In this document: positions 22,301-25,162 of the stretch, piece by piece | Layout: each line of letters begins with the position of its first letter | Position numbering within the stretch: the stretch's first letter is position 1 | Source: Macrostomum lignano | Taxonomy: Eukaryota | DNA length: 25,162 bases | Direction: 5' to 3' | Assembly (NCBI GenBank): GCA_002269645.1 | Contig: NIVC01005137.1 | Span: 1-25,162 of the forward strand | Translations under genes and position numbers: made by a program | Notes under the pieces: model-generated | Database searches by the model: none | What the model saw: only the letters and a program-made list of their open reading frames with translations | What the model was told of the DNA's origin: nothing

Positions 22301-22449
22301 TTTGAGCAGTAGAGATGAGGCTGTGAGAGCTGTAGAGATGATGCTGTGAGCTGTAGAGATGATGCTGTGAGAGCTGTAGAGATGATGCTGCGTGAGCTGT
22401 AGAGATGATTCTGTGAGCTGTAGAGATGATGCTGTTAGAGCTGTAGAGA
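7347..22449. repeat. 15.1-kb satellite array; core monomer GAGCTGTAGAGATGATGCTGT (21 bp) with 23- and 28-bp variants and nested higher-order repeats
   Basis: A continuous head-to-tail array with variants ending GT, TT or GTTGTTT and an ATGACG variant. The diagnostic GTATTGATG recurs at 9075, 11421, 12946, 15840, 18182, 19706 and 21970. Confidence 0.99.
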
Positions 22450-23079
22450 CTTCTCCAATCGCACACATTTCGGAGATAGAGTGAGATGCAGATTGGAGTT
22501 GGTCTGAAGTAAATTTCGCACCTACAAATGCTAGGCAGCCGCTGACAAGGCTCGATGCCAGCCTCTGCATGGCAAACCCAATTCTGCATGGGTTTAAGCA
22601 CCGCTTAAAGAATGCAAGAAGTCGTGGCGGCGCGAGTTGCTTGCTGACACAGAAGGAACAAGAACGAGCAGTTTTTTATTAACTGAAGCGATAGACTCGG
22701 CCGCAGGGGACGAGGAAGGAAAAGTGCGTCATCGGTCGAACAAGAGTGAAATAAATTAAGGTCTGCGAATGTGGTGTAATTCTGCTTCAAAATAAGCACA
22801 GATCTGCAGTAGCAACAAGAAGAGATCGGACACAAAAAGCACAAAACAACGAATCTTCTGCTGCGTCACTCTGAAGATTGGAACAACAGTCGACAAAAGC
22901 GAAGCTCAGAGGAATTCCAGCTTCAGCCGCTCCTGACTCAGCTGGTCTATCAGGTGATAAGCGGCGATTTTGGGCGATTTTAAAGTTTGCAGTCTTTGGG
23001 TAACATCAAGTTTACGACAGCTGGTACTGATTTAGTGAGTGACGAATGTCTGTTGCCATAGCAATTAGCCCAGAGGCTG

Positions 23080-24846
23080 TCAGACCCCGGCATCCTGGAC
23101 GACGCGGGCTCCGTCGCGATGCTCGCCGCCAAGCCGCTGGTCCCCGTCCTCCTCCGCGTCTCTGGCCTTCCCGCCAGCTCCGCGCCGCGCGCGACAAAAG
23201 CCGAACAGCCGGCGCTGCAGTCGGACGTGCAGGTTGGGATTGGCCAGGATGTAGATGAAGAAGTTCATGGCCGAGTCCAGGATAGTCATGATGTTCGCCA
23301 GCTTCATCAGGCAGGCGCTGGCCGGACCGCTGGGATCCAGGATGACGAAGGCGGCGTCCAGCTTGGACAGGAAGGTGGGGAACTCGAACAGGAAGAACAC
23401 AATGGACAGCGCCACCACCGTGCGGTTGGCCGGCGAGATGGAGAAGCGGCGACGGCGCTGGCGGCGAAGGCCAGACGCGATGCTCTCGGAGTCGCTGACA
23501 CGAGGCTGCGCCGGAGGCGGGCGCGGCGGCGGCGGCGGCGGAGACCTGCAGCTGGCGCTGGCGCCTCCTGTCGCGCGGATGACGGCCCAGGAGATGACGG
23601 CGGAGGAGGCGGAGACGATGGATGATGGGGCCGCCGGACTGCAGCAGGAACAGCAGCACGGTCAGGTAGGCCACCGAGTAGGCGGGGCTGAGCAGCAGCG
23701 GCGAGGGCAGCTGGTCGCGAACTGGCCCGAGTCCAGGCAGAACACGTAGACGAACTCGAAGGCCCGCCGCGCAGGCCCCAGGAAGAAGGCGAGGCCGGTG
23801 GCCAGGGGAAACACCGGGCAGTTGAGCCGGCGGCTCCAGGTGTGGTACAGGCGGTGCGCGATGCCACGGCGGCCAGGCGCAGCAGGGCGATGAACACCAC
23901 CGTCCAGTTGCGGAGGCACTGCGACCAGCGACCAGCGGCACGCTGAGGCTCATCAGCACGGCCAGGAAAGCGCGCCAAGCCGGATGAGGGCACCTGGCGC
24001 GGTGCGTGGTTAGTGACATGTACTTTACGTTGCGCATGCTCTAGGCATTAGAAAGTGTTCATATCGAACTTTTGCTCTTCAATCGCATCCGAAGCTACGC
24101 AACGATAGGCGGATTTTGCATGATAGGCTTCAACAGTTCATGTACCGATATATGTTGCACAGTGCAGTTTTGCAGCTCTATGGTAGATAATTCTAAAGTA
24201 AGGTGGCTTTATTGAATGGCCAATGCTCTACATGCAGTGCTAAGTCAGTACTCTCTGGTTCTCAGCCAATGTCCTGTATTGAGGAAAATCCACTCTCCTC
24301 AAGGCTGAGCTGCAATTTTCGCATTTTATTCATTTTCCTAAGGCCCGGCCTCCCATATCATGGATGAAAAACTGCTGATACGTGTCTGGAACCATGCGTT
24401 TGGAAGTGACTTTTCAATTTCCCAGAAGACAACCCAAGCTAAGCATAATAATTTAGTAATTCTTCACACCTGAAGCCGCTGCGTGAGCAGCAGCAGGTAG
24501 AGGAAGAAGTGCAGGAACAGCGCCAGGTTGAAGGCGATCTCCACGGCGGCCAGGCGGAGGCAGCAGCCGGAGTTTTCGGCGCAGTCCGCGTCCGCGGCCC
24601 CGTTGCCGACGGCGCCCCCGCCGACCCTGGCGCGCAGCTGTCGATGGCACAGGGCGAGGCCCCAGGCTTGACCAGCACGTTGACGACGGCCAGGCCGGGG
24701 GTGGAGAAGTTGTACAGCCGCTCCAGGTTGTGCAGAGGCTGGCGCTGGCTCAGGTTGGCGCAGGAGACGCCGCGGGACCACAGGTCCTCTGCGTCCGAGG
24801 AGTTGTCGACCAGCAGCAGCCACTGGCCCAGCGATAGGTCTGACAT
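23080..24846 (-). CDS. Two-exon class A (rhodopsin-like) GPCR, FMRFamide-receptor/srw-like orphan, about 430 aa, interrupted by about 6 frameshifts (sequencing error or young pseudogene)
   Basis: Exon 1 is 24846-24470 (GCCATG start) and exon 2 is 23993-23080. Seven TM segments can be stitched across frames: PGLAVVNVLV..LALC; CLRLAAVEIAFNLALFLHFFLYLLLL; AFLAVLMSLSVPLVAWSQCLRNWTVVFIALLRLAAV; FPLATGLAFFLG..RAFEF; AYSVAYLTVLLFLLQSGGPIIIV; NRTVVALSIVFFLFEFPTFL; LANIMTILDSAMNFFIYILANPNL. Strong GC3 bias and no stop in the stitched frames. Confidence 0.85.
23994..24469 (-). other. 476-nt spliceosomal intron of the GPCR
   Basis: Donor TTCAG|GTGTGA at 24469, branch point CACTAAC at 24015-24009, acceptor CCAG|G at 23995-23994. 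The intron is AT-richer than the exons. Confidence 0.75.
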
Positions 24847-25162
24847 GGCTTTGGAGTGCTTGGCGGTAGAGAATCCACTTTGTCTGCCTGCGATCTCAGC
24901 AGCAGCTCAGACTCGCAGCTCCCGTTTTTTTTCGCTACGGATGCCGCCCACCTGGCGCTGACAGCCGGGGATTGGCGGATCGGCCGCGGCCAACGGAAGC
25001 CGGACCTGCAGCTGCTTGCGCTCGATTGTTTTTCCCACCGGCAGAGGCAACAGCAATTTTGCTCAGTTTCATTTGATGCCGTTGAAAGTAGCGCGTGAAT
25101 CTGGGATGCAGATTCTGCGAAAGCAATTTCCCCCAGCTTCTTTGAAACAAATTTGCTGTTTT

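Noticed and set aside
7347-22449. CRISPR-like array
   Set aside because: There are no unique spacers and no cas genes; monomers are head-to-tail in a eukaryotic context.
6694-22992. 11-bp inverted match CTGCAAACTTT/AAAGTTTGCAG bracketing the satellite as possible TIRs
   Set aside because: It does not extend and there is no TSD; compatible with chance.
23046-25150. Plus-strand and off-frame GC-rich ORFs (23046, 23119, 23255, 24509, 24453, 24856, 24935)
   Set aside because: They are shadow frames of the high-GC3 GPCR and its 5' flank.

Overview
Eukaryotic DNA, most likely from an invertebrate animal: it has a spliceosomal intron, TATA/CCAAT promoter motifs, MITEs and satellites, and nothing prokaryotic. 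The GC3-rich, intron-poor neuropeptide-receptor-like GPCR and heavy minisatellite load are reminiscent of a free-living flatworm such as Macrostomum, but that is a guess. Positions 1-7346 are mostly non-coding, with two or three MITEs and several small tandem repeats. They also hold a convergent pair of secreted-protein genes that share a signal peptide, the terminal Cys-Thr-stop and a 3'UTR block but have different cores. One is a disabled three-fold-repeat (beta-trefoil-like) gene at 2683-3252 (+). The other is a 69-aa, 8-Cys, CBM52-like peptide gene at 5006-5214 (-) whose second half is hidden by a 1-bp frameshift. Positions 7347-22449 are a 15.1-kb satellite of 21/23/28-bp monomers with nested higher-order repeats (about 1.5, 2.35 and 6.76 kb); all ORFs inside it are artefacts. 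Positions 23080-24846 (-) are a two-exon class A GPCR broken by about six indels with no nonsense codons. Homopolymer contractions in the satellite suggest many of these indels are long-read consensus errors.
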